From positions 1 through 32,705 of the IMG/VR virus record IMGVR_UViG_3300009678_000041: a DNA stretch of 32,705 nucleotides. One strand, given 5' to 3'. The notes under the pieces are model-generated. The model did not search any database. It saw only the letters and a list, made by a program, of their open reading frames with translations, and was not told the DNA's origin. This document shows positions 1 through 10,355 of this stretch, piece by piece; position 1 is the first letter of the stretch, and every line of letters starts with the position of its first letter. Source of the DNA: a virus (lineage: Duplodnaviria; Caudoviricetes). The position numbers and the translations under genes were made by a program.

Positions 1-123
1 AAAAGGTGCTGTTCTTCCAATATAAGCTGTAGGTGAAATTGTTGCAGCTTGACCTATCTTTCCTGCAGCTCCAACTAAAGGAGTTCCTGCTAATACATTT
101 AAATTAATTCCACTTGCTGTACT
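1..123. repeat. Terminal direct repeat, copy 1 (circular contig overlap)
   Basis: 1-123 (aaaaggtgct...cacttgctgtact) is identical to 32583-32705 and lies inside a CDS that continues in frame across the join. Confidence 0.97.
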
Positions 124-1656
124 GTCATTAGCTGTTAGGTTATCAAAGTTATACCACGCTACCCAGTTCTCTTTTATTGTTCCAAATATCTGGTCTCTGG
201 TTAAACCTAAGCCTCCATTATATAACTGTGTTACTTCTGCTTGAGTAGTAACACCTTTTCTAACACCAACACCATCTATTCCTCCATTTAATGTATTTGT
301 AGAAGGTAATCCTTTAAACAAACCAACATATACAGGAATAGTATTAGTCAGGAGCATTCCATTATAAGTACCTTGTATAAGACCAGTTATAACTTGTTCA
401 ACACCATTTATATATATTTTTATTCCTTGAACTGCTTTACCTCCATCATAAGTTGCTACTATATGATACCATTGTCCTATCACTGGAACAATAGGAGCTA
501 ATCCTCTTATGAATATCGTAGCTGCTGTATCACCAATCATTTGAAATACAATTCCTCCTAATGCAGCAGAATAAGTAAGTGACCATGCATGTTCAGAAAA
601 ACCAAAAGTGGAATCTCTTTTTGATAGAAGTGATGCTCCTACTGCAATAGTATTTAACTTAACCCAACAAGTTGCAGTAAAAGCTTGGTCATTTCCAGCA
701 CCATCAGTAAAGCTCATAGCAAATAACCCTGAACCAAAACGTGTATTATAAGTATTTGTACCATCCATAGTATGATACCTATCAGGTTTTCCTCCTGATG
801 AAACTAATGCTGGAGTACTAGTTCCACCATCATTAAGTACTCCTTGTACCTGTCCAGGAGCATCTCCTGTAAATTCATTACTTAGGGTATCTGAACCCCA
901 ATATACTAACCAGTTCTCAGATAGTGCAGGTGTAATAGGATTGAATCCAGCACCTCCATTATATAATTCTTGGAGTTCAGCAATAGTAAATTGACTAGCT
1001 CTTACTCCTATCAAATCTAAAGCTGCATCAAGGAAATCTATATAAAGTGTTGAAAAGGCAGCTCCTATTCTTAATGGAGCTATTGAACCAACCATACCTG
1101 TATATGAACCTGTAGTTAAAGGTGTAGTTGCTACTTGAATAGCATTTATAAATAATCTCATTCCTCCTGTTGTCTTACTACCATCATAATCTCCTGAAAT
1201 AAAATACCATACTCCTGTAGTTAATGCAGTAGTTGATGTAAGTCTTATACTTATACTTCCTGCAGCATTTCCAAATAATGTAAATCGTAATAGTCCTGTA
1301 CCTGTCACTTGTACTTCCCATTCAGCAGATTGAGTTCCTCCTGATATTCTTTTAGAAAATATAGTTTGAAGTACTCCAACACTAAAGAACTGAACAAAAC
1401 AACACCATCCAAATGGTAAATCAACACCTCCACCAAGAGTAAATGATGTATTAGCGTAACTATTACTAACTAAATCAGCTTGGAAAAAGGCAGAATCATA
1501 TCCTCTATATGCACCTGGTTTACCCCCAGGTGTACCAATATCTGGTGGTACTGCATTGCTTCCAGGAGGAACAAGAAACATATTATAATTACTTGAATCA
1601 TCATTCCTACCATTATCACTGCTCCAAAATCCTCTCCAATTATCCTTAAGTGCCAT
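1..1656 (-). CDS. LamG/concanavalin A-like jelly-roll virion protein, 5' part (joins 32037..32582; 733 aa total)
   Basis: Missing from the ORF track. ATG at 1656 in a taatcATG context just after the fibre stop. Open frame MALKDNWRGFWSSD... with repeated units such as WYFISGDYDG..MRLFING-like, WYHIVATYDG..IKIYINGVEQ and ELYNGGAG. 1656 nt + 546 nt = 734 codons. Confidence 0.88.
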   Translation of the reverse strand, partial: MALKDNWRGFWSSDNGRNDDSSNYNMFLVPPGSNAVPPDIGTPGGKPGAYRGYDSAFFQADLVSNSYANTSFTLGGGVDLPFGWCCFVQFFSVGVLQTIFSKRISGGTQSAEWEVQVTGTGLLRFTLFGNAAGSISIRLTSTTALTTGVWYFISGDYDGSKTTGGMRLFINAIQVATTPLTTGSYTGMVGSIAPLRIGAAFSTLYIDFLDAALDLIGVRASQFTIAELQELYNGGAGFNPITPALSENWLVYWGSDTLSNEFTGDAPGQVQGVLNDGGTSTPALVSSGGKPDRYHTMDGTNTYNTRFGSGLFAMSFTDGAGNDQAFTATCWVKLNTIAVGASLLSKRDSTFGFSEHAWSLTYSAALGGIVFQMIGDTAATIFIRGLAPIVPVIGQWYHIVATYDGGKAVQGIKIYINGVEQVITGLIQGTYNGMLLTNTIPVYVGLFKGLPSTNTLNGGIDGVGVRKGVTTQAEVTQLYNGGLGLTRDQIFGTIKENWVAWYNFDNLTANDSTASGINLNVLAGTPLVGAAGKIGQAATISPTAYIGRTAPF

Positions 1657-1658
1657 GA

Positions 1659-4600
1659 TTATAAACTATTTACGATTGATACACATTCCCATTTTGTAAG
1701 TACACTATTCCATATGAATAAAATCTTCATCCATTTACCTAATATAGTTGTAGTAGGTAAACCAAAATCAGCTGTACCTATAAAAGCAGTAGATGTTGTG
1801 AAATTTAATGTTGTTAATACACCATTATCTTTTATATGATACATTATAAATTGATTAGCTGTAGGAGTTCCTGTAGGTGTATTGAAAGTGATAGTTGCTG
1901 CAGAAAAACCAGCAGCATCTGTTTGAGCCACATCAAAACTATCACAGTTAAGAGTATATGATGTAGCAGCTGCAGGAATAGTCTCTGTTCTTTTTCCAAC
2001 ACTTCCCCCATCATTACTAGCACTTGTTTCACTAAATGCTTGTATATCCCAATCAAGAGAAGGTATAACTTCTTGTATAATAAGATCAGCACCATAAGCT
2101 GATGTATTAGGAACAATACTAATGTAAGTGGCATCAATTGCAAGTAATCCTTGTACTGTAATACCTACAGGAGGATTTGTAAACCAATAATTAGCTGCTA
2201 CTGGATATGTAATTGGTGTTGCTGCTGTTGCTTCAAAAGTAAATGTTTTTAAACCATTACCTGTTATTTGTGTTGGTGGACTAACAACAAATGTAAAATA
2301 TGTACCACTATCTGTTGTACTTTGAATTGCCCATCTTGTAGCATCTCCTATAATTATATCTCCAATACCTAATGCTGCTAATTGAGCAGTTCTATCAATT
2401 GCATTAGCATCAGTTTTACTAATGCGTAAAGTATTAATTGAAGTGTTAGCCTGTACAAAGTCACCAGGATTTACTACACTAAAATTTGTAGGTTTCTTAT
2501 AGTCATAATTAGCTGTAAAAATATTAGATGTAGCTTCTGGTTCTGATACTGTTACAACTAAATCATAAGTACTTCCAGATTTAATAATAGTTTTAGGTAC
2601 ACTCAGTGGAACCCAACCACTTCTTTGAGATGTATAGTTAATAACTTGTGTTATAATAGCTGCACCTGTTGGCTCTTGAACTAAATATATACCATAAGAA
2701 TTACCTGCAACAACATTAACTCTCCAACCTTCTACTATTACATCTTTTTGAAAATTATATCTATTACCAAATATAACTTGTTTAGCTGATACACTTGTAG
2801 TTGGAATAGTAGGTGCTCCATAAATATAACCTGGTGTTCCAATTGGTTGTGGTGCAGGTCTGTCAGTTGTTACTTTATTAGCAATTGCTAAGAAAGAATT
2901 GTCTAGCACTTGTTGATTTTTTTGATATGTACCTGCTACCCAATTACCTCTCCATTGAGTTAATGCATTTAAAGCATCTGTAGCTGTAGCACCTGGAACA
3001 TTTGATACATTAATTACTGTTGATGTGGTAATAGGAACAGGTGCTTCTACATAAGAATTAGCATTATTACCTATATTAACAGTCATTGTTTGAAGACCTC
3101 CTCCATCAGCTCCTCTCGCAACAGAAATATGAAATCTAAATCTCTGACCAATAGCAACAGGTATAGAATTGGCTAAATAACCTGATAATCCAATTTGTGT
3201 AACATCATCATTTGCTAAATTTATATCACCACTATCTAGTATTGTAATAGTATTTTTTCCTGCATAAAAAGGATCAGTAGAACCACTTACAGGTCCTGAA
3301 GAAGAAATGATATCTCCTGCATTATCACACAAGAATACTTCTATTGTAAATCTTTTTAAACCTATAGCAGAAGAGGCTTGTACTGAAAGAAATCCTGTGT
3401 AATTACCAAGTGGTAATGTTGCTGCAACAGGATAAGCAGGACCCACAATGTCATTTGGTATATATACTTTAGTACTTGCATTTAATCCTGCTGCAATTAA
3501 TCCTACCAGAGCAACACTTCCTTTACCATTTCTAATACTATCATAGTTAGGACCTACAGGAGTTGCAACACTTGCCACTTGTCCTGTTAGATACACTCTA
3601 TCAAATACCCCTGCTGATGTAGCAGGTATTCCTGAAACTATTGGGTTTATAGGGTCTGCATTATTTACAGCTATGTTAGTACCTGGTACTATTGTTTGAA
3701 TTGCTGTGTTTATTTTAGCAAGGTCTGTAGGAGATAGTAATCCTGCATTGATATTATCTGCAAGAGGAATTATAGCAGGTGTACCTGCACTATTAGTAAT
3801 AGTACCTTGTGTAGGTGCAGGTGTATAACCTAAATTTGCTGTACCTCCACCTGAAGGAATAGCAATTTGTTTAATTAATCCTGTAGCAGTATCACGTACT
3901 AACATTCTTTCAGCAGTAGTACCTAATCCTGTTGTAGGTGCAATAGTCCATGTTGCTTGTCCTGCACTATCAAAAGATAATCTTATATTACCAATACCAT
4001 TAGATAATATAAGTGAATTTGCTAATGCTGCTGCAAGTCCTGTTACTTTACCAATAATAACATTACCACTACCAGTGGTTAATCCTGTTGTATTACCATT
4101 ATTAGGACCTATTATTAAATTATTACTACCTGTAGTAATACCACCACCAGCACCAACAAATCCTGTTCCTGCAATAACAACATTATTACTACCTGTAGAT
4201 ATACCACTACCTGCTTGAGAACCCATACAAATATTCCAAGCACCTGTAGTTTGATTAAGTAATGCATGATTACCTACTGCAATACCATTACCTGTAGTAT
4301 TATTTTGCATAGCACTGCTACCTATAGCAACACTTCTATGTCCTTGAACATTAGAGCCATTAACACCAACATTTTGATATAATGCAAATGCACCAATTGC
4401 AACATTCTGTTCACCAAATTGATTATTTAATAAAGCAGCTATACCTACAGCAGTATTATATTTTGCTGAAGTATTTTTTTGCATAGCTCCATTACCTACT
4501 GCAGTATTTTGTTGCCCTATAGTATTTAACTCTAATGCTTTATAACCAAAAGCAGTATTATGAGAACCTTCTTGTCCAATACCTGGAACAAAATTTTGTC

Positions 4601-5216
4601 CTATATTTGAAAATAAAGCACGATAACCAAAAGCAGCATTCTCAGTACCATTAGTATTTAATGTTAAAACATCTGATCCAAAAGCAGTATTATCAATACC
4701 TACACCTGCACCAAAATTAGTTACAGAAGTAGTACTTAATATTAAAGGTGATTGCACATTGGTATTATCAGAGATAATTTTTAATGTTGCATCTAATGGA
4801 AGTCCATCTAATGTTTTAAGTACACCAGGAGCTACAGAGCCTCCTGTAGGAGCCATGTTTTTCCAAAGTCCTGTAGATGACTCGAAAGTGAGAACATCTT
4901 CATTCAATGGACTTATAATTTCTACATCAGTAAGACTATCTAATTGAAGATTATCTATATCACTTTGTATGGTGGTTATATCACCTTGTATAGTTGTAAT
5001 ATCACCCTCTATAGTAGTAATATTACCTTCAATTGTGGTTATATCAGATTGAATAGTAACAATATCACCTTCAATATTAGTTATTGATATTTGCATACCA
5101 GATAGTGACCCATCTAATTCTGCAAAGTTTGAGTTTATCTTTATAAAAGCATCTCTTAAAGGGTCTCCTGTGTGGTCATTTGGTGCTGCACCAACATTCA
5201 CATATTGTATTGCCAT
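1659..5216 (-). CDS. Multi-domain fibre / receptor-binding protein
   Basis: N-terminal NVGAAPNDHTGDPLRDAFIKINSNFAEL (T4 gp9/gp10-type N-terminal motif), then a heptad coiled coil, NTAxGxxALxxNTxGxxN beta-solenoid repeats and Gly/Thr-rich beta domains. Confidence 0.8.
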   Translation of the reverse strand: MAIQYVNVGAAPNDHTGDPLRDAFIKINSNFAELDGSLSGMQISITNIEGDIVTIQSDITTIEGNITTIEGDITTIQGDITTIQSDIDNLQLDSLTDVEIISPLNEDVLTFESSTGLWKNMAPTGGSVAPGVLKTLDGLPLDATLKIISDNTNVQSPLILSTTSVTNFGAGVGIDNTAFGSDVLTLNTNGTENAAFGYRALFSNIGQNFVPGIGQEGSHNTAFGYKALELNTIGQQNTAVGNGAMQKNTSAKYNTAVGIAALLNNQFGEQNVAIGAFALYQNVGVNGSNVQGHRSVAIGSSAMQNNTTGNGIAVGNHALLNQTTGAWNICMGSQAGSGISTGSNNVVIAGTGFVGAGGGITTGSNNLIIGPNNGNTTGLTTGSGNVIIGKVTGLAAALANSLILSNGIGNIRLSFDSAGQATWTIAPTTGLGTTAERMLVRDTATGLIKQIAIPSGGGTANLGYTPAPTQGTITNSAGTPAIIPLADNINAGLLSPTDLAKINTAIQTIVPGTNIAVNNADPINPIVSGIPATSAGVFDRVYLTGQVASVATPVGPNYDSIRNGKGSVALVGLIAAGLNASTKVYIPNDIVGPAYPVAATLPLGNYTGFLSVQASSAIGLKRFTIEVFLCDNAGDIISSSGPVSGSTDPFYAGKNTITILDSGDINLANDDVTQIGLSGYLANSIPVAIGQRFRFHISVARGADGGGLQTMTVNIGNNANSYVEAPVPITTSTVINVSNVPGATATDALNALTQWRGNWVAGTYQKNQQVLDNSFLAIANKVTTDRPAPQPIGTPGYIYGAPTIPTTSVSAKQVIFGNRYNFQKDVIVEGWRVNVVAGNSYGIYLVQEPTGAAIITQVINYTSQRSGWVPLSVPKTIIKSGSTYDLVVTVSEPEATSNIFTANYDYKKPTNFSVVNPGDFVQANTSINTLRISKTDANAIDRTAQLAALGIGDIIIGDATRWAIQSTTDSGTYFTFVVSPPTQITGNGLKTFTFEATAATPITYPVAANYWFTNPPVGITVQGLLAIDATYISIVPNTSAYGADLIIQEVIPSLDWDIQAFSETSASNDGGSVGKRTETIPAAATSYTLNCDSFDVAQTDAAGFSAATITFNTPTGTPTANQFIMYHIKDNGVLTTLNFTTSTAFIGTADFGLPTTTILGKWMKILFIWNSVLTKWECVSIVNSL
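4959..5084 (-). repeat. Six 21-bp / 7-aa heptad repeats (ITTIEGD-like) in the fibre stalk
   Basis: ITNIEGD IVTIQSD ITTIEGN ITTIEGD ITTIQGD ITTIQSD; Ile at the a/d positions fits a trimeric coiled coil. Confidence 0.85.
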
Positions 5217-5240
5217 GATTTTGTACTTTAATTATTAATA

Positions 5241-5744
5241 TTAACAACCACCTCTTTTCTTAAGTGACCAACCACCAACATTTATTCTATTACCACTACC
5301 ACAAGATGTAGGAGCATATTCAGGAATAGTTTGTGTAGAAATCCATTTCATTAAATCTCTTTCATATACATTATGTAACTTCTGTGAAGCATTCACTAAG
5401 TAATCTACTTCATCTTTAGTTACTGCTTGTGCACTATCTGTGTTAAGCTTTGTAATACCTGAGTTAGCTACCATATATGCAGCAGATTCAAGAAATAATG
5501 CTGTACCACCATAAATGACCATTGGTTGTACAAAGTCATCATATAATTCTAAATAAACACCTGCAAGAGTTCCAGCTTTAAAGTCAGTACATAATTTTAA
5601 ATATAATGCTTTACCTAAAATAGGTTTTAAGTAAGTGTTTTGGTATGCAATACAAGCAGGTATTAACTTGTCAACATCAATATTCCCTGATACAATGGTA
5701 TTTTTTACCAAGTCATTATTTTTAAGTAGGATTATTGTTTCCAT
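5241..5744 (-). CDS. Putative head-tail connector/adaptor
   Basis: Follows the portal gene; 167 aa with SGNIDVDKL...YLKPILGKALY and LYDDFVQP motifs that I associate with connector proteins of Bacteroidota phages. Confidence 0.55.
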   Translation of the reverse strand: METIILLKNNDLVKNTIVSGNIDVDKLIPACIAYQNTYLKPILGKALYLKLCTDFKAGTLAGVYLELYDDFVQPMVIYGGTALFLESAAYMVANSGITKLNTDSAQAVTKDEVDYLVNASQKLHNVYERDLMKWISTQTIPEYAPTSCGSGNRINVGGWSLKKRGGC

Positions 5745-5746
5745 TA

Positions 5747-6955
5747 TTATGCTCTTTTAAGTGTTTGTGTATTATTAATTTCTTCTGCAGAAACTGATAC
5801 TCCAGTAGTAGTATTAACAGTATTATCTAATTTTTCTTCTGAGAAATCTTTGAAATCTATAGTTGCTGAAGGATTATTAATTTTTATTACTCTCTCTAAT
5901 CCATCTAAAATTATCTCTCTTAAAGGATTTATCTGATTTCTATAAAGAATTTTAAGTGATATTGCCATTTGGTCTGCAGTGCTTGAAAAACCAGATGCAG
6001 TAGGTATACCAAATAATCCAGGGTCATTGATTTTATGTGACATTAAGAGTTTATCTCTACAGTTAATACTCAACCAGTCAAACTGCTCATATGCATTAGT
6101 GATTTCTACAGTTTCTACAGTGGTAGCATTCTCTTTATTGTTATTAAAGCTCACAATAATATTACCTGCATTAGAGCTTCCTCTAACTTTAGCAAGAATA
6201 GCTCTTTCAGCTTCTTCCTGTGCTGCATCATTCTCAGGTAATCCCTGATTGATATTTACAATCTTAACAGCAGAGAAATTATTCTTAATATAACTGATGC
6301 AAAAATTTGACATTTCTTCTTCAGTTTCTGCAGCCTGTAGTCCTGACACATAGTCAGGTAGAGCAAACAAAGGTTGGTCACTAGGTGCTTTAACATATAA
6401 TAATTCTGTATAATCTATATCACCTGCTTCAGGGTCAGTATTACCTTTACCAAATGCAGGTATTTTTACAGGTCTGAACTTAGTTTTAAGAGTCCAGTCA
6501 TAACAATACCAATATGCTTCAGGGTCTTCAGATAAATCTGCTTGTTTTACAATAGCAATCTGTTTAACAGGAATAAAATACATTTTTGCAATAGTTTTTC
6601 TATCATTACTGTATACTACTTGTAAAGCATAAGCACCTTGTTTCTTAAAATCTTTCACAAGCATTCTTGCATCTGTTTTAGATAGTAATGCATTAATATC
6701 TACTCCTGTAGATACTAAACCATCACCATAAATGTAATTTGATACACCATCAATCACTGCTTGGTTAGTAGGTGAGCCAATATACCTGTCCTCAACATAT
6801 TGGAAGAAAGAATTATCCTGACCATTAGTAACATATATTGTAGATTGTTGCAATAATACATTTGCTTTTGGAGCAACATAATTATTAAGATTTACCACAT
6901 GCACAGATTGTCTACCTTTTCCAACAGGAAGCTGTTTATTTATATTTGATTTCAT
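5747..6955 (-). CDS. Portal protein
   Basis: 402 aa; SPTNQAVI, ALPDYVSG, NNFS, GSSNAG.IIVSFN and HKI..PGLFGI motifs characteristic of this portal family. Confidence 0.85.
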   Translation of the reverse strand: MKSNINKQLPVGKGRQSVHVVNLNNYVAPKANVLLQQSTIYVTNGQDNSFFQYVEDRYIGSPTNQAVIDGVSNYIYGDGLVSTGVDINALLSKTDARMLVKDFKKQGAYALQVVYSNDRKTIAKMYFIPVKQIAIVKQADLSEDPEAYWYCYDWTLKTKFRPVKIPAFGKGNTDPEAGDIDYTELLYVKAPSDQPLFALPDYVSGLQAAETEEEMSNFCISYIKNNFSAVKIVNINQGLPENDAAQEEAERAILAKVRGSSNAGNIIVSFNNNKENATTVETVEITNAYEQFDWLSINCRDKLLMSHKINDPGLFGIPTASGFSSTADQMAISLKILYRNQINPLREIILDGLERVIKINNPSATIDFKDFSEEKLDNTVNTTTGVSVSAEEINNTQTLKRA

Positions 6956-6961
6956 AACTTA

Positions 6962-7369
6962 TTATTTTACAATGATTACACCATTACTATCTGGATAATT
7001 AAGCTTGTAGTTCTCTAAATCTTGTACAGAAGTAGCATATGCTTTATCTCTGTATAATAATTCACCTTCAAAACTATCTTTTGTGATAGTTAATTCAAAA
7101 CTATCTCCTTCCTTAATGCCTGAAACAGGCACAGAGAATGTCATATAACCTCTATCATTAGTAGCAACTGCAGTAAATGTAAGTGACTCAAAGGTCAATT
7201 CATTATACAACAATACATAAATATTGATTACTTGTTCTCTTGGAATTACTTTTAAGATTATTTCTCCTGAGAGAAAGGTTGTATCACAGGTTATCATAGT
7301 ATTATCAGCTGTTATTAATGTAGTGTCTGCTGTTATTGCTTGTCCCACAGATGGATTTATAATTTTCAT
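6962..7369 (-). CDS. Hypothetical virion protein
   Basis: 135 aa between the tail tube and portal genes; aatcATG start; N-terminal ITADTT/ITADNT/ITCDTT micro-repeat. Confidence 0.7.
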   Translation of the reverse strand: MKIINPSVGQAITADTTLITADNTMITCDTTFLSGEIILKVIPREQVINIYVLLYNELTFESLTFTAVATNDRGYMTFSVPVSGIKEGDSFELTITKDSFEGELLYRDKAYATSVQDLENYKLNYPDSNGVIIVK

Positions 7370-7383
7370 GATTACTCATTTAT

Positions 7384-7392
7384 GTAAAGACA
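7384..7392 (-). promoter_or_regulatory. Putative late promoter element TGTCTTTAC
   Basis: The same 9-mer occurs at 10356-10364. It sits just upstream of the 7369 ATG and downstream of a terminator. Confidence 0.5.
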
Positions 7393-7416
7393 TCTTAAAA
7401 TGCTTTTGTACATAAT

Positions 7417-7446
7417 AAAAAGTCCCCTAATGAAAATTAGAGGACT
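7417..7446 (-). terminator. Intrinsic terminator after the tail tube gene
   Basis: Minus strand AGTCCTCTAAT-TTTC-ATTAGGGGACT followed by a T-run; the single mismatch is a G-U pair on this strand. Confidence 0.75.
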
Positions 7447-7466
7447 AGTTTAGGGTATATTTGGGA

Positions 7467-8087
7467 TTAATCTTCAGGAGTAGCTACTTCCACAATTAAA
7501 TCTGTGTTGATAGCTGCTAATAGAGTATCTCTTGCTTCTTCTGATAAGTAGAAGATTGGACTTCTTTCAGTACCTGTAGCTGTCATGGTATAACCATTCA
7601 AACTATCAATAGCACCACCTACACCAGATGTACCAGTGATTTCAGCACCATTATTCTTACCTATCATGATGAATTGACCTGTGTTTAACTCTGCAATTAA
7701 GATTGGTCTTCCCCATGCCATTACTTTCAACTCATACTCCATCTCAGCAGATAATCTGGTAAGAATGAATGTAAGAACTTGAGTAAATGATGTGGTACCA
7801 GTATCTCTACTACTTGCAATAGTTTGTTGAAAACTATCTCCAGTATTTTTTACTGCATATTGGAATACTTTACCTGTTGAAAGAGCAGGTGGAACACCTG
7901 GTACATTAGGTACAAATATCCCTGCATCTAATGAAGCAATAATCTGCGTATTAGGTGTAGTAATAAAAGGTTCTGAAGCTGCAGTAGGATATGCATCATC
8001 ATAGTTAATCAGGTATATATTTCTAATTCCAGAAACCACATCCTTACAGGCAATTTGGGTTTTGGATTTTGTGATTTTACAAGGCAT
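7467..8087 (-). CDS. Putative major tail (tube) protein
   Basis: 206 aa directly after the capsid gene; CKDVVSGIRNIY, SRDTGTTSFTQVL and NGYTMTATGTE motifs typical of tube-like structural proteins of related phages. Confidence 0.6.
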   Translation of the reverse strand: MPCKITKSKTQIACKDVVSGIRNIYLINYDDAYPTAASEPFITTPNTQIIASLDAGIFVPNVPGVPPALSTGKVFQYAVKNTGDSFQQTIASSRDTGTTSFTQVLTFILTRLSAEMEYELKVMAWGRPILIAELNTGQFIMIGKNNGAEITGTSGVGGAIDSLNGYTMTATGTERSPIFYLSEEARDTLLAAINTDLIVEVATPED

Positions 8088-8112
8088 AATTTTATATTTT
8101 TAAAATGTTATT

Positions 8113-8146
8113 AAAAAAAAGGGGAAGGAATTTTAACCCTTCCCCT
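8113..8146 (-). terminator. Intrinsic terminator after the major capsid gene
   Basis: 9-bp stem AGGGGAAGG/CCTTCCCCT followed by a T-run on the minus strand. Confidence 0.85.
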
Positions 8147-8168
8147 AGGTTCTATAATTTGTTCAGAA

Positions 8169-9065
8169 TTATGGTAAGATTTCTCTACCCCAAACAATTT
8201 CATTTCCAAAGCTATATGCAACTTGTGCAGTATAAGCAATTTTGGTTCTGATGTTACCATCAAGTCTGTCATCATCATCAGACACTCTTACTTGGTTCCA
8301 CTCATTATCCAAACCAGTAGCAAAAACTAAGTTTTTAACTCTGTATGCTAATACAGTTCCTGCAGGTAAACCTCCAAGAGCTTCCATTCTTACACCAGCA
8401 AAATTCATTTCTTTCAATCCTACTGTAGTGTTCATACCCATTGCAGCTTGTGCTTCAGTGTATGCTTTTGCTACATCATATGATACAGCCATTACTACAT
8501 CAGGATCTAAGTAAAGTGCAGCAGGAATAGCGTTGTAAACCAACTCTAAATCTGCAACAACAGTTGCTTTGGTTACAGGAGCAGGAAAATCTATATCAAT
8601 TACTGTAGCATCAGCTAAGAATTGAGGAAGTAATCCATTTAAATCATTTGCACCATTGGCACCTTGCCAAATTTGCATAGATAATACTTCACCTAATGCA
8701 GATGTCATAGCATCTAAAATTGCAGAAAGGATATCATCTGGAATAGGACCATCTGATTCATAAATACCTGCTTTATAAGCTTGTACTGTAGAAGCAAATT
8801 CATCTTTACAGATTTCTTCATCAATCTTGAATTTTTTAGGTGTAATTGTTTTTTCATTATAGGTTAAACCACCCACAGGTGTAAAACCACAAGTATAAGC
8901 TGTTTGTGCAGCATTATAACTTACTCTTGGAAGGACAGCAGTACCAACTACATTAGGTAGCACTGTAATCATTCTTTTGTTGATAGTATCTACTTTCTTG
9001 TAAGCTTGTACAAGAATTTCAGATGCTTCTGCTAACGCTAAGTTAGTGTTGATAACATTTGCCAT
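8169..9065 (-). CDS. Major capsid protein
   Basis: 298 aa downstream of the protease/scaffold gene; EICKDEF, QIWQG...NGLL and NLVFATGL motifs; followed by a strong terminator. Confidence 0.8.
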   Translation of the reverse strand: MANVINTNLALAEASEILVQAYKKVDTINKRMITVLPNVVGTAVLPRVSYNAAQTAYTCGFTPVGGLTYNEKTITPKKFKIDEEICKDEFASTVQAYKAGIYESDGPIPDDILSAILDAMTSALGEVLSMQIWQGANGANDLNGLLPQFLADATVIDIDFPAPVTKATVVADLELVYNAIPAALYLDPDVVMAVSYDVAKAYTEAQAAMGMNTTVGLKEMNFAGVRMEALGGLPAGTVLAYRVKNLVFATGLDNEWNQVRVSDDDDRLDGNIRTKIAYTAQVAYSFGNEIVWGREILP

Positions 9066-9089
9066 GTCAATAAGTTTTTAATATTAATA

Positions 9090-10337
9090 TTATTTTTTAT
9101 GTTGAGATGCTATTCTGTTGAATACATCAAATTTGTTTTCTTTTTGTGCTTTAGCATCAGGATTGATAGCTTTCAATTTACCTGTTGCAGGTGCAGCAGA
9201 TAATGTTGTAATCTGTGCTTCCAATTCAGTAATCTTATCAACATGTGATAAATTTTCTGCTTTCAAAGCTTCTATCTCATCCTGTTTCAATTGGGTTATA
9301 AGGGAGAGCTGTACTTTTAGTTCTTCAACTTCTTGTACAATCTCTTCATTACTTATAATTACACCATTTTCATCTGTGGTAATTCTTCTTCCTTCAATAT
9401 CTGTAGTTTGTGATACATATAACTCACCATTGAGATATAATTCATCACCTACTGAGAAGCTTTCAGAGGTAAATACATCACCATTTTCCATTACTACTTC
9501 TGCAAGGGCTTCTATAGGAGGAGGGTCAATTGGTAATTCTTCAAGAGCAACAAGAGGAATAATTGCACTAATTGCTCCTGTATCATCTGTTTGATACTTG
9601 TTACCTTCAAATTCAAACTCTATGTTTAACTGTGGAACTCCACTCATATCATATACAATAGTTCCTTCTGTAAGACTATCAACCACTAAAACTCCATAGT
9701 TTTCTGTTGTAATCTCTTGTGCTAATTTTGTTGTTATTTTTTGTTCTTCTTGTACAAGAGCAAACAACTTTTCTAGTAAACTCATATTAGTGTTTTTAGA
9801 GGTTCTTTTTACTTTTTTTAATATTCCATCAATGGAGAATCCATTAAGTTCATTGTTTTTAATTTTTGAAAGGACAGTATCATCCTCTACATATCCTGAA
9901 ACCATCCAGGTACCTTTTGGTACATCAAAACCAAGAGCACTTGCTTTATCATTTGAAGGGTCTCCAACTAACCAGGTCTCAACAAAAGTCAAATTCTCAA
10001 TTTGCTTTCCATAATCATGGTTCTCAGTTGAGTTCATTTGGTATCCACTTTTGATAAATTGTCTTGAAAACTTAGCAATATCTTCTTCAGTAAACACTAA
10101 GTAGTAATGCTCTTTAGTCTTTTCATCATACCTTAGTATCTTTTGTTCAGGTACCAGGACAACTCCAGTTACTAATCTCTTTTCCTCATCTACAATCTGT
10201 AATTGCACAAGAGGTATTTCTTCCTTAGATAAATTCACAAAGAAAAACTCATTAGCAGGTTTATCCACTAAACTGATAGCAAAGATATTTTCATATTCTT
10301 CATCAAACACTGCTAAATATTCAGCTAATTTTTCCAT
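9090..10337 (-). CDS. XkdF-like prohead serine protease fused to scaffold protein
   Basis: AISLVDKPA, GVVLVPEQKILR, STENH, VETW, PKGTW and GFSIDG motifs; acidic coiled-coil C-terminal half. Confidence 0.85.
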   Translation of the reverse strand: MEKLAEYLAVFDEEYENIFAISLVDKPANEFFFVNLSKEEIPLVQLQIVDEEKRLVTGVVLVPEQKILRYDEKTKEHYYLVFTEEDIAKFSRQFIKSGYQMNSTENHDYGKQIENLTFVETWLVGDPSNDKASALGFDVPKGTWMVSGYVEDDTVLSKIKNNELNGFSIDGILKKVKRTSKNTNMSLLEKLFALVQEEQKITTKLAQEITTENYGVLVVDSLTEGTIVYDMSGVPQLNIEFEFEGNKYQTDDTGAISAIIPLVALEELPIDPPPIEALAEVVMENGDVFTSESFSVGDELYLNGELYVSQTTDIEGRRITTDENGVIISNEEIVQEVEELKVQLSLITQLKQDEIEALKAENLSHVDKITELEAQITTLSAAPATGKLKAINPDAKAQKENKFDVFNRIASQHKK

Positions 10338-10355
10338 TATTATAAGTCTTATAAG

